DNA from: Octopus sinensis
Lineage: Eukaryota
DNA: 64,000 bases
Assembly (NCBI RefSeq): GCF_006345805.1
Contig: NC_043005.1
Span: 62,992,001-63,056,000, forward strand
Reading direction: 5' to 3'
Part shown: piece after piece, positions 12,347 through 24,120 of the stretch
Numbering within the stretch: the stretch's first letter is position 1
Layout: each line of letters begins with the position of its first letter
Notes under the pieces: model-generated
Database searches by the model: none
What the model saw: the letters and a program-made list of their open reading frames with translations, nothing else
Told to the model about the DNA's origin: nothing
Made by a program: the position numbers and the translations under genes

Positions 12347-13827
12347 ATATATTGGGTGCAGATTACATCAAATAACCAGCTGGAGGAGGAATCCTCCTGG
12401 GGTTAAAATGGTAGTAATGTCAGTTCCTATGGAACAGCCATGTTGAAGTGGCAATAAACATTACTTCTCAATATAGTTACAACTTTCATTTCTTATAGAA
12501 ATTTTCTAACCAGCTAATTTGCTTGTTTCATATACATGTATGCATACATAGACACACAATGTGCATAATTTAAGCACCAGAAACATTAAAATAAACTTAA
12601 AATTTTATCAATAATATTAAAGAGAATTTTTTAATATCTGAGTATACCAGGAAGATAGTTGGGTAAAGTATTGACAAATTAATCAAATAAATGTTATCAA
12701 CAGATGAGAAGTGGGTGGTTTAAAACAATAAAATTAAAATAAATTGAATGAACTGAGTAAAATTAGGCAAGATATTATTTATAAGCAATAAGCTAATTCA
12801 TTTTTCAGATGTTTTCAACATACATTTAATGAAGGTACCACAATTAATGAACAAGCTTCCTGAAATAAAACTTTTAATATGAAAAATTAAATTATTTTCT
12901 GCAAATATTACAGGAAGGTAATGAAATTTATTTCAATGGCAATAACATTTTAATATTTTATTAATATCTAAATTTAAAGAATTCTTGATTATATTAACAA
13001 AGATTCAAGTGTTACTTTCAATCAGAAATGAAAAGAGTTGTCAATAAAAGATTTAAATCCCTTCATTATTGCAGATATAAATAGTGTGTTGTTCAATAAT
13101 AAATTCCTAATCAAAAGTCTAATCTCAGTGGATAACAAAGAGGATCAAGGATTTCTATGCACAAAATATTCATATCCAATAGTAAGCAAATAAAGCAACA
13201 CTTAAATTGTGCTAGATAAGAATTTAATCCTTTCAAACTTAAATACTTTCAAATCTACATGATTTCATTGGTGGAGTTGACTGAGCCAAGAGAAATATTC
13301 TGTTCATGATTAGTTTGGTACCTCAATTTTCTGAGATTAAATATAGCTATGTTGTAGAGTTGATAAAAATAAAATTCAATATCTGAGATCAGTGCAATTA
13401 ACTACACAATTATCCATGCAAATATTTGTCTTATTTCCTAGCAAAAAGAAATATTCATGTAACTAAGAAAAGAAAATATTACCGTTTATTTTCCTTAGAT
13501 ACGATATTCAGTTATTGAAACTTAAAGTCTCAAACAAACACTCAGTTGTAAATGTCAACTAAAATTTTGTCTACTAAAATTATGGCTCATTCAACAATAG
13601 CTTTTGAAGATATTGGACAAATAGATAAGAAATGACTTGAAAGAAAATGTCTTTTGGCCTGAAATGATGACATTCAATATGTTAATGATGATGATGATGA
13701 TAATGATGACGATGACGACATGTTTATACAGAGAAGCTTCAGCTCTGTTTGAATTCCAGAATACTATATTACTCTAAGTTCAGAAAGCAAAACTTAGAAT
13801 CCATGAAAAAATATTTTTAGCTTATTT

Positions 13828-13848
13828 CTGAGAGAGGGAGAGAGAACG

Positions 13849-13916
<68 letters not shown>

Positions 13917-13917
13917 A
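13828..13917. repeat. (GA)n microsatellite
   Basis: Direct reading. Confidence 0.95.
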
Positions 13918-14351
13918 AGGGCGAGAAATTTATATAATTAATGGGGATGATTTTCAGAATGTTCTACACACTGCTTCCTCTTGACTGTTTCCGACTGCTG
14001 CTGGGCAAATCTTGAAGCATTTCCTAATACTACATTAAAATATGGGTAAAAAAACATTGCTAAGGAGCTGGAAATTAGCAAAACCATACAGATTTTTTTT
14101 CTTGTTAAGTTATTAGGGCATTTCATTATTGGCAATCAATGTGAGCAAAATATTTTCAACTGACAAATGTAGAGGATGCACTTTTACAAAATGGGTTAAT
14201 GATACTACAAACAAAATAGATTTAATGCTGTTGAATATTTTGGAGATGTTGGAGGACACTGAGAAGAAAGAATTGTGATAGACAATTTAAGTTTGAAAAA
14301 TGTTAAGATGGGACAGCGTTTATGTTGAGTATATATAAACATGTGTATGCA

Positions 14352-14578
14352 CCTGGCAGAAACGTTAGCACGCCGGGCGAAATTCTTAGCGGTATTTCGT
14401 CTGCCGCTACGTTCTGAGTTCAAATTCCGCCAAGGTCAACTTTGCCTTTTATCCTTTCAGAGTCGAATAAATAAGTACCAGTTATGCACTGGGGTCGATA
14501 TAATCGACTTAATCCCTTTGTCTGTCCTTGTTTGTCCTCTCTGTGTTTAGCCCATTGTGGGTAGTAAAGAAATGGGTA
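14352..14578 (+). mobile_element. family-B SINE, young (CpGs retained), alternative 3' end
   Basis: ctggcagaaacgttagcacgccgggcg...ggggtcgatataatcgacttaatcc...gtgggtagtaaagaaat. Confidence 0.9.
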
Positions 14579-14629
14579 TAGTTATTGCTTTTAAGAAAGG
14601 TTTTTTTATTGTTTTAATTTGAATGTCTA

Positions 14630-14790
14630 GATTTTCCTGCTTGAATGGGTCAGACTGAATTTGTTGAAGCAGATTTTCTACAACTGGATGTTCTTCCTGT
14701 CACCAACTCTCACCTGAGGCAGGATATATTTTCACGGGCAATTTGGAAATGAGGATATCGCTTGTATGATAGTGACACTCATATATAAGT
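14630..14790 (-). mobile_element. degenerate RTE-tail-type retroposon fragment
   Basis: ttttctacaactggatgttcttcctgtcaccaac matches the antisense tail tttctacagctggatgcccttcctaatgccaac at 16308-16340. Confidence 0.5.
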
Positions 14791-14799
14791 ATTGTGTGA

Positions 14800-15135
14800 T
14801 AGCATGTGACTTAGTGGTAAATGATTTTTGGTTCACAATCATAAGGTCATGAGTTCAATTCCCAGTGACGTGTTGTGTCCTTGAGCAAGACACTTTATTT
14901 CATGTTGGTCCAGTCTATTCAGTTGGCAAAAATGAGTAATATCTGTATTTCAAAGGCCAACCTTGTCACACTCTGTGTCAGGTTGAATCTCTCTGAGAGC
15001 TATGGTAAAGGTACATGTGGTACTATGGTAAGGGTACATGTGGAGTGTTCAGCCACATGCATCTTAATTTCATGAGCAGGCTGTTCCATTGATCAGATCA
15101 ACTGAAATCCTCAACCTCATAAGTGATGGAGTGCC

Positions 15136-15137
<2 letters not shown>
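14800..15137 (+). mobile_element. family-C SINE (tRNA head plus CORE-like segment), tail variant 1
   Basis: gacttagtgg (A box), gagttcaattccc (B box), gtgtccttgagcaagacactttatttc (CORE-like), tail ...gcaggctgttcc..gatggagtgcca; internal ~23-bp duplication near 15000-15045. Confidence 0.85.
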
Positions 15138-15138
<1 letters not shown>

Positions 15139-15194
<56 letters not shown>

Positions 15195-15666
15195 TAGATA
15201 GATAGATAGATAGACAGATAGAGAGAAAGAGAACCTCCATGTTATAGGCTTGAAAAATTGTTAAGATATTAAGATATTTTTCTTAACATGAAACCAATGG
15301 TAGACTTAATACACAAATAAAGAAATTTTATCCACCAATGTGGTGTTGAGTACTCATTCTCTTTGTCTGACATTTACATATATATGTGTGTGTGTGTGTG
15401 TCTGTATATATATATATATATGTAAATATATATATATGCATACGTACATATATATATGCATACATACATACATATATATATATATGCATGCATACATACA
15501 TATATATAAGCATACATACATACATATATATATGCATACTTATATACATACATATATAGATATATACATGCATTCCTGTATACATATATGCATACACACA
15601 CACATATATATACATACACACACACACATATATATATACACACGCACACACATATATATACATATA

Positions 15667-15730
<64 letters not shown>
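15139..15730. repeat. compound microsatellites: (TA)n/(GATA)n 15139-15232 and (TG)/(TA)/(TACA)/(CA) 15377-15730
   Basis: Direct reading; accounts for the YI/HT/CV ORFs here. Confidence 0.95.
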
Positions 15731-15732
<2 letters not shown>

Positions 15733-16189
15733 TTTCATGTTATATGGTAATGATACTTGGGCTATGGATGCAGAGGATTTGTGGTATCTAGAAAATAAAA
15801 ATGAAGCAAACATTTTCAGCTGAACATGTAATGTTAGTGTATTTAAATGTTTTCTTTTATGCCATATTTTTTGGCATAAAAGATATGCAGGCATCTAACA
15901 GCAGTGCACATTCAGGGAAAAAGTTCTCAGTGCAGTAAAGATCATGGGAGGCCCAGCTTTGCACAAAGGATCCAGTATGACTCTTTTGAGACATTTCTTT
16001 CGGGAAGCATGTATTTTATATACCATAAAACAAAGTATCATCATCATCATCATTTAATGTCTGCCTTCCATGCTGGCATTGATGGTACCAAGTATATATA
16101 TATATATGTATATGTATACACACACACACACATACGCATAAAATAGTTATGTAGACATATTTCTGTGCATTATATTTATACACATTTAT

Positions 16190-17198
16190 CATCATCATCA
16201 TCATCATCGTTTAGCGTCCATGCTGCATGCTAGCATGGGTTGGACGGTTCGACCGGGGATCTGGGAAGCCAGAAGGCTGCACCAGGCTCCAGTCTTACCT
16301 GGCAATGTTTCTACAGCTGGATGCCCTTCCTAATGCCAACCACTCCGTGAGTGTAGTGGGTGCTTCTTACGTGCTACCTGCACAGGTGCCAGGCAAGGCT
16401 GGCAATGGCCACGGTCGGAATGGTGCATTTTACGTGCCACCGGCACGGAAGCAAGTCGAGGTGGCACTGGCATCGGCCACGATTCGGATGGTGCTTTTTA
16501 CGTGCCACCGGCACGGAAGCTAGTCGAGGTGGCGCTGGCGATCGGCCACAATTCGGATAGTGCTTTTTACGTACCACCAGTTCAGGGGTCCTGGCATCTG
16601 CCGAGTGCCAGTTATAGGATTGGTTCAATTTCGATTCCGATTTCGATTTCGATTTCACTTGCCCCAACAGGTCTTCACAAGCATGGGTGCCTGTCGTCGG
16701 ATGAGGTTCGATATTGACTTCGCTTGCCTCAACAGGTCTTTGTGTGTCCAAGGGAGGAAAGGCATGCATAAGTGGGCTGGACTCACTTGTCCTGCCTGGT
16801 CTTCTCACGCACAGCATATTTCCAAAGGTCTCGGTCGCTGGTCATTTCCTCAGTGAGGCCTAAAGTTCGAAGGTCGTGCTTCACCACCTCGTCCCAGGTT
16901 TTCCTGGGTCTACCTCTTCCACAGGTTCCCTCAACTGCTAGGGATTGGCACTTTTTCACACACTTATCTTCATCCATTCTCGCCACATGACCATACCAGT
17001 GCAATCGTCTCTCTTGCACACCACAACTGATGCTTCTTAGGTCCAGCATTTCTCTCAAGGTACTAACACACTGTCGAGTATGCACACTGACATTACACAT
17101 CCATCGGAGCATACTGGCTTCATTCCTCGCGAGCTTACGCATGTCCTCAGCAGTCACGGCCCATGTTTCACTGCCATGTAGCATGGCTGTTCGTACAC
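16190..17198 (-). mobile_element. young 5'-truncated RTE LINE: ORF2 C-terminus (16783-17198), 3' UTR, (GAT)n tail
   Basis: Uninterrupted CVRTAMLHGSETWAVTAEDMRKLARNEASMLRWMC...RRLHWYGHVARM...GRGRPRKTWDEVV...EKTRQDK*; 11-bp direct repeat tacacatttat at 16179-16189 and 17194-17204 flanks the unit. Confidence 0.95.
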
Positions 17199-17210
17199 AT
17201 TTATATTTGT

Positions 17211-17246
<36 letters not shown>

Positions 17247-17315
17247 GATATAAATATATATAAATAGTATAGATATATATAAATAGTATAAATATATATA
17301 TATATATATATATAA

Positions 17316-17650
17316 AGGCACATGGCTCAGTGATTAGAGTGTCAAGCTTATGATTGTGAGGTTGTGAGTTCAAATCCAGCACCGGGCTGCGTGTTGTGAT
17401 CTTGAGCAAGACACTTTATTTCACATTGCTCCAGTTCCCTCAGCTGTAGAAATGAGTTGTGATGTCACAGGTCCCAAGCTGTATCGGCTTTTGCCTTTTC
17501 CTTGGATAACACTTGTGGCATAGAGAGGGAAGGCCAGTATGCATGGGTGACTGCTGGTCTTCTATAAACAACCTTGCCTGTACTTGTGCCCGGGAGGGGA
17601 AACTTTCTAGGTGCAATCACATGGTTAGTCATGACCGAAGTGGGGGGTCT
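17316..17650 (+). mobile_element. family-C SINE, tail variant 2
   Basis: tggctcagtgattag, gagttcaaatcc, tcttgagcaagacactttatttcacattgctccag..ctcagctgtagaaatgag, distinct tail ending gtcatgaccgaagtgggggg. Confidence 0.85.
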
Positions 17651-17654
17651 CATT

Positions 17655-17877
17655 TATATATATATATATATATACACACACAAACACACACACACACACA
17701 CAGAAATATACATATTATATACACATATACCCCCCCACATATATATATAAGAATATTAATGCATGTATGTATATACATATACAGATATGCTTATAAATAT
17801 ATACATCTATATGTGTGTGTGTATATATAGATATATAGATATATATATGTATGCATGTATGTATATGTGTGTGTGTG

Positions 17878-17932
<55 letters not shown>
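17655..17932. repeat. compound (TA)/(CA)/(TG) microsatellite
   Basis: Direct reading. Confidence 0.9.
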
Positions 17933-17936
<4 letters not shown>

Positions 17937-18140
17937 GTTAAAGTTAATCCAAACAAGAAAGCACAAAAAAAAACACAACGCGAGAACGTGGAACAAATAT
18001 AGTATTATTGGACGCTCAGGAAAGAAGGAAAGAAGGAGGGCCTAACGTTTCGAGCGGAGCTCTTCGTCGGAAACATAGGAGAAGGAAAGATCCAGAGAAG
18101 GGAAGACAGAGGAAAAAAAATCGCCAACGGTACACATACG
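17933..18140 (-). mobile_element. Penelope-like terminal-repeat-type fragment carrying a hammerhead-like motif
   Basis: Minus strand ccgacgaagagctccgctcgaaacgtt (plus 18044-18070) fits the C.GA.GA-stem-GAAAC motif typical of Penelope termini; CpG-rich against an AT-rich background. Confidence 0.5.
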
Positions 18141-18142
18141 AG

Positions 18143-18489
18143 TTAATGAATGGAGTAGATAAGATCCAGGCTACATATGTTTCATAGCGAGTGGAACATC
18201 AGAAGTGGTAAATAGCCAAGTGAGATGTATACTGCTGGCTACTCTTCAGGCCAATGATATCGTGATTAAAGAAAAATTATTTTTGCAAGGAGGTATATGT
18301 TAACACATGGAAGGATGTACATGTGTTACCATGTACTTCTTTGTGACAATGTAAACTTTCATGTAATCAAGATATCCTTGGCCTGAAGAGTAGCCTGCAG
18401 TATGCACCTCGCTTGGCTACTTACCAGTTCCAAGGTCCTGCATGCTATGTGACTTATGTAATCCGGATCTTATCTGCTCCATTCCTTAA
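18143..18489. mobile_element. 347-bp fold-back element with TTAA ends
   Basis: Left aatggagtagataagatcc...ggctactcttcaggccaa.gatatc.tgatta mirrored by right taatcaagatatccttggcctgaagagtagcc...ggatcttatctgctccatt; TTAA at 18143-18146 and 18486-18489. Confidence 0.8.
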
Positions 18490-18579
18490 TTCTTGTATTC
18501 TTACTTGCATACCTGGCAACCCTAGTTGCCTACTGTGAAATATAAAAGAAGTTTATATTGTGGCAGCGTGGGTGGAAGC

Positions 18580-18644
<65 letters not shown>

Positions 18645-19755
18645 TATGTATGTATGCATGTATGGATGGATATTTTTTTCAATTTATTGTACTTTGATAA
18701 GAAAAAAATCCACAACCTTCTGTCTCAATAAACCACTATTCTCTCTGAAAGCAGTTTTTTAATACTTACTATGGATTGCTTGAAGCTAACTTTCTTCCTA
18801 CACCTCGATCCTTAGATCTTATATTTATTTATATACACATATTCACACATGCAAGCATAGATAAGCAGACAGAGACATAACTAAGTAGATAGATGGTTTG
18901 ATAGATAGATAGAGAGAGAAGGGAAGAGAAAGACAGAGACATCAAGAAAGAGAAAAGCAATGCCAAACATAGAAAGATATATGTAAGCATTTCCCCTTGT
19001 ATCTCTTTACTTGTTTCAATCATTAAACTGCATATGTATCTACTGGTGAACTTCTTTGTGTTTTGTGGCTCAATTTGAGACCAACACAAACGAGTACCAT
19101 CTGGTACTCATTTCAAAAGCCTCTGTTTATTGATGTTTTATAATGAATGCCTAATGAGACACAATATGAACAACATTCACATGTAGACTGGTGAGAGCAT
19201 AAGCAGACACACACAGACATGCATATGCTATGATAATGATGATCCAACATCATCATCATTATCATTGTCATTTTATATCCACTTTTCCATGCTGATATGG
19301 GTTGGATGGCTTATACATTCCATTTTCAGCGAGGTTTTCTTTTAGCTAGTTGATCTTCATATCATCAACAACTTGTACTAGTTGCTTTTTATTGTGGCAC
19401 CAGAAAGAATTTTTCTTGTAGCCTGCAAAAGTAAAGGGTCCTCTCTAAACTGTGCAATCTCTGTTCATTTGCTCAGCAGCACCAAAGGACTGTCTTGACC
19501 CCAGCAGAAAGATGAGAGAGTAATATAAAGATTGAGAGTGTGATAGAGAATAGAGTAAAGGAAAAGTAGTAGGAAACTACATGAAACTTGTTGGTAAGGA
19601 GATTGAATAGAAATAACATGATAAACATGATGAAGGAAGATAGAATGATAGGAAGGAGAACAGGCAAAAGAAGAGAATGAAGGGGGCAGAGACAGAATGA
19701 TAGATATCAACAATGTATTGTAGAGGACAGATTATTATCAGATTAAGTGCAATGA

Positions 19756-19967
19756 AGGCAGTCATCTGGCAGAAACGTTAGCATGCCAGGTGAAATGCTT
19801 AGCAGTATTTTGTCTGACTTTATGTTCTGAGTTCAAATTCTGCCAAGGTTGACTTTGCCTTTCATCCTTTTGGGGTCAATAAATTAAGTACCAAGTGGTG
19901 TACTGAGGTCGATCTAATTGACTGGCTCCCTCCAAAATTTCAGGCCTTGTGTCTAGAGTAGAAAAGG
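19756..19967 (+). mobile_element. family-B SINE with 13-bp TSD
   Basis: ttaagtgcaatga at 19743-19755 and 19968-19980 flanks a full head-body-tail copy. Confidence 0.92.
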
Positions 19968-20095
19968 TTAAGTGCAATGACTAGAAAGTAAAACTTGGTT
20001 GATGAACCTACACAGTTACATATTGTAAATAAACACATATGTACATTCGATACATATAGAAAGGTAACACCTTTCTTTCAACATGGATGACTAAT

Positions 20096-20587
20096 TATGT
20101 ACACTATTTACATTATCAGGACTGGTATCCTCATCTTGATAGTCACTTTCACCACATCTAGGATATTGTATATTCCAGCCTTGAGTGTACAACAGCCAAA
20201 ATGTAGTAGACGCAACAATCAAGATGAGGGCACCAGTCTGACTAATGTAAACCGTGTATTGTTGATGTTTGTTCCTTCTCAAGCCATGCCTGGCTCATAA
20301 GGGCTAGTTTCCCTGTTTCATTAATGCACAGGTTCCCCACCTAGATGGAACGCCAGTCCGTTACAGGTGAGCTGCTAGATGCAGGAGGAAAGAGTGAGAA
20401 AATGTTGTAGTGAAAGAGTCAGCAGAAGTTCACCATTGCCTTCTACTGGAGCTGTGTGGAGCTTAGGTGTTTCACTCATAACACACACATCGCCTGGTCT
20501 GAGATTTGAACCCACAAGCTCTCGGATGTGAGTCCACTGCTCCAACCACTAGGTCATGTGCCTCCACTAATGTAAACAGTGTACATA
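20096..20587. mobile_element. TA-flanked palindromic MITE (Tc1/mariner-like ends) interrupted by a SINE
   Basis: tatgtacactatttacattatcaggactggtatcctcatcttgat (from 20096) is inverted in atcaagatgagggcaccagtctgactaatgtaaac.gtgtacata (20218-20258, resuming to 20587). Confidence 0.7.
20259..20565 (-). mobile_element. family-D SINE (tRNA-like head) with V-domain-like tail, 18-bp TSD
   Basis: Minus head ggaggcacatgacctagtggttgg...ggttcaaatctcagacc; tail ggactggcgttccatctagg..gaaacagggaaac; actaatgtaaac(c/a)gtgta at 20241-20258 and 20566-20583. Confidence 0.88.
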
Positions 20588-21023
20588 CTATAAATTCTTC
20601 ATCTCAGAAAGATGGAGTTGTATAGATGACTAAGTTTCAATGCAAACATCTTTAGAAGAAATTTTTCATACGCTTAATTTAAAGCAATATACTTCCTAAT
20701 TTCATTAGCATTTCAAGATTTTCTTAGTTTCATCTTGTATGAACCATAGAAACAAAATGCTCTATGATCACTTCATTTAGAAGAAGTGGCCAAATAGGTC
20801 TTCAAATCTTGAGAATGCTGTACCAAACTAAAAGTAAAAGACTATGAATGCAATTATATTTTTAATACCACTTATGCTTGTGTGTATATACATTGGCAAG
20901 AAAATTGGAAAAACTACAGTGTTATATATCATGTCTCTTGATACCAACTAAAATTAAAATATTTTATCAGAAACCATTCTGGTAATGCCTCCAATTCATT
21001 CATTCATTCATCATTCATTCATT

Positions 21024-21049
21024 CATACATACATACATACATACATACA

Positions 21050-21079
<30 letters not shown>
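21024..21079. repeat. (TACA)n microsatellite
   Basis: Direct reading. Confidence 0.95.
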
Positions 21080-21081
<2 letters not shown>

Positions 21082-21296
21082 CGAGGGGCTGCTGAAAAGT
21101 ACCTGGCTTTAAGGGTATCATGAAAGGCCTGGTTGGAGGCCCAACCTTCTGAGTTCTTTTGCAGGGCTTACAAAAACTGAAGGACCATTGCAATAAGTGT
21201 GTGAGTTTGCGAGGGGAATATTTTGAACAAAATCATAATTAAGTCATCCTCTATTTTCTTTTACACAAAGCTCAAACTTTTCATCAACCCCTTCAT
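21080..21296 (+). mobile_element. mariner-derived MITE
   Basis: TA-flanked TIRs tacgaggggctgctgaaaagt / acttttcatcaaccccttcata; interior encodes GLQKLKDHCNKCVSLRGEYFEQ (mariner C-terminal end). Confidence 0.85.
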
Positions 21297-21364
21297 ATAT
21301 ATGCATGTATATATATATATGTATATGTGCATGCACACGCACACACACACACATGCATTCATCT

Positions 21365-21905
21365 CATCATGCCACATCTAGAGCAAGTGCCTACTACTAT
21401 AGCTCGAAGCCAACCAATGCCTTATGAGTGAATTTGGTCAATAGAAACTGTATGTGTGTTGTGTCTTTGTTTCCATGCTTGTCCCACCTGTTTCTTTACT
21501 ACCCACAAGGGGCTAAACACAGAGAGGACAAATAAGGACAGTCAAATTGATTAAGTCGATTATATCGACCCCAGTGCGTAACTGGTACTTATTTAATTGA
21601 CCCAAAAAGATAAAAGGCAAAGTTGACCTTGGCAGAATTTGAACTCAGAATGTAGCAGCAGACGAAATACTGCTAAGCATTTTGCCTGGCATGCTATCGT
21701 TTCTGCCAGCTATCCGTCTTACTTGTCCCACCACCTGACAACTGGTGTTGGTTTGTTTATGTAATTTAGTAGCTTGGCAAAAGAGACCAATACTATAAGT
21801 ACCAAGTTTACATTAATACTGAGGTCAATTTGTTCAACTAGTCCCTTCAAGACAGTGCCCCAGTATGACCACAATTCAATGCCTGAAACAAGTAAAAGAT
21901 AAAAT
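21365..21905 (+). mobile_element. degenerate family-A SINE interrupted by a family-B SINE
   Basis: gagcaagtgcctactactatag...aatttggt; resumes after 21722 through gtgccccagtatgacc..gaaacaagtaaaaga. Confidence 0.8.
21489..21721 (-). mobile_element. family-B SINE nested in family A, 11-bp TSD
   Basis: Reverse complement of the 14352 copy; cttgtcccacc at 21478-21488 and 21722-21732. Confidence 0.9.
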
Positions 21906-22394
21906 ATATATATATTTTTTTGTCGTATCTCTCTTCTACAGGGTTGAATTCATTATCTATAACACACTGGGTATTGTTAATGTGTCCTTGGTTACAATAA
22001 AACTAATTTTCTGATTAATAAATAAAATTACCTGAATAGCATGAATATTTTAAAAGAAAAAAATGTATATAATGGGCTACGGTAAATATCAATTACAAAT
22101 GTTAACACAAAAGTGCCAACAGTCAATAAAGCTGTGGAAGAGGTTATGATTAATTATCTTGATTAATTATATATTCGTTAGTTTTATAACTAATTCAAAA
22201 GCTCTAGAACATATATCAGTGTTTATTATGCTAATACAAAATATACTAATGGCCTTTCCTTGGCAATCACAACACATGAACTAATATAAAGGAAAACCAC
22301 TCATCAAAAATTCTATTGTGCAACTCATTCTTGATATAGTATATACAGATACTTGTTCATAAAATAAACACATATATATCCAGATACTCTTATA

Positions 22395-22757
22395 CAGGCA
22401 TGGCTGTGTGGTAAGATGCTTGCTTCCTAGCCACATGGTTCTAAGTTCAGTCCCACTGCATTGCACCTTGGGAAAGTGTTTTTTACTATAGCCTCAGGCC
22501 AACCAAAGCCTTGTGAGTGGATTTGGTAGACGGAAACTGAAAGAAGCCAGTTGTATATGCATATATATATGTGTATATATATGTGTATATATATATATAT
22601 ATACTTGTGTGTGTCTTTGTATCTGTTTGTCCCCCATCATCACTTGACAACTGGGGTTGGTGTGTGTACATCCCACTAACTTAGTGGTTCAGCAAAAGAA
22701 ACTGATAGAATAAGTACTCCAGCATGGCCACACTCAAATGACCGAAACAAGTAAAAT
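22395..22757 (+). mobile_element. family-A SINE with 3' internal deletion
   Basis: ggcatggctgtgtggtaag...gttcagtcccactgc...; gaataagtac joins directly to tccagcatggcc. Confidence 0.9.
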
Positions 22758-22849
22758 AATTTATATGTTCACTCACATGCACACACACACACATGCACAC
22801 ACAAACACACACACACACACATACTCACACACATACACATTGTGATGTC

Positions 22850-23050
22850 CACTTCTCTGTGCTTGCATGGGTTGTACAGAATTCATTGAAGCAGATTTTC
22901 TACAGCTGCATGCTTTTGCTTTCACTACCTCTCACTTGTCTCAAAGTGAGGTAATAATCTCACTGTCTAACAGACCACAAACAGCTTGGGCATGTTTTAT
23001 GGTGGACTGCATGTAACCAACATTGTTAGCAAAGTGACTGCTTACAAATA
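22850..23050 (-). mobile_element. degenerate RTE-tail-type fragment
   Basis: gaattcattgaagcagattttctacagctgcatgc resembles 14657-14690. Confidence 0.4.
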
Positions 23051-23137
23051 CAAAACAATCATGTGTAAAGCCATTTTTACATACACCCACAGACACACAT
23101 ACACATAGATGTATTCACATATACATAAAAAATATTT

Positions 23138-23204
23138 TTTCAGTTTCCTTCTACCAAATACACTCACAAGGTTTTAGTCAGCCCCAAGCTATAGTAGAAG
23201 ACAC
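23138..23204 (-). mobile_element. family-A SINE fragment
   Basis: tttcagtttcc.tctaccaaatacactcacaagg....gtcagccccaagctatagtagaagacac. Confidence 0.8.
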
Positions 23205-23812
23205 ATGCTGAATGGGCCAGGTGCTTTCCCCATCTTCATATCCTTAATTGCTTCATCTACCAGGGTATTGTTGATTCGGGAGCTGATCAATCAACTGGGT
23301 CAACCTTTGGCAGACTCTCTATTTCCCATTCCTTCTCCACATTCAGCAGTCTTTCATAATGGCATCTCCAAGCCTCTTTCTTTGCAGAATCATTAAACGC
23401 AAGGGCACCATCATCCATGCAGACACATTTCTCTCCTATGACATCATGGTTTTCTCTCACACACTGTCTTGCAATCCGAAATACCTCAGTTCTTTGGCCC
23501 TTATGTCACTGAACACTGGCAAATTTCTTCTTGTCTGTTACTCCCTTCGCTATATATACCTGTCTCCTAGCTTCCCTTCTGGCTATCTGATACATCCCCT
23601 GCTACCCCCAATCTTCCTGGAAGGTCTGTCTCTTTGCTCTAACGTTCCTGTCTACAGTATTGTTCCACCATCATGTTACCCTTGGTCTGGAAGGGACTTT
23701 GCACTAGCCACAGATTTGGTCTGTAGCACTCAGCAAGCTGTCTACCAGGAATTTCCAGCTGCCTTTTATGTCACAGAACTGTAGCTCCTCCTCCCTCTCA
23801 TCAAATTTCTTG
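23205..23812 (-). mobile_element. RTE LINE ORF2 internal fragment (linker before RT), with stops and frameshifts
   Basis: WKFLVDSLLSATDQICG*CKVPSRPRVT*WWNNTVD...FRIARQCVRENHDVIGEKCV..DDGALAFNDSAKKEAWRCHYERLLNVE...TLVDEAIKDMKMGKAPGP. Confidence 0.9.
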
Positions 23813-23835
23813 GTAAGGATATCCCTATACATACA

Positions 23836-23870
<35 letters not shown>

Positions 23871-24022
23871 GTACATATATACATATCTAAATTTACACAC
23901 ATATATATCTTATATATGTTTGTATGTATGCATGCATGTGTATATGTATGTGTGCATATTCTTGCATATGAGTGTGTGAGTGTTTCTGCATGCATTGCTA
24001 AATACTTACGGATTGTTTGGAC

Positions 24023-24120
24023 TTCTGGAAGAATTTCAACATAATGGATGCAGTGGATAATGTAACTGATTCATAGGATGAAGTGAAACCCATAACTTTG
24101 AATGGTGTTTGGAGAAATAT
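24023..24120 (+). mobile_element. pogo/Tigger transposase fragment
   Basis: FWKNFNIMDAVDNVTDS*DEVKPITLNGVWRN matches the DDE_1-end motif WK...I.DA..N...AW.EV....I...W.K. Confidence 0.7.

Noticed and set aside
16367-16578. CRISPR-like spaced palindromic repeats
   Set aside because: The spacers are similar to one another rather than unique, the array lies in a LINE 3' UTR, the context is eukaryotic and there are no cas genes
16783-17409. 208-aa ORF as a host gene
   Set aside because: Fusion of antisense SINE, (TA)n and the RTE ORF2 terminus; only 16783-17198 has real coding ancestry
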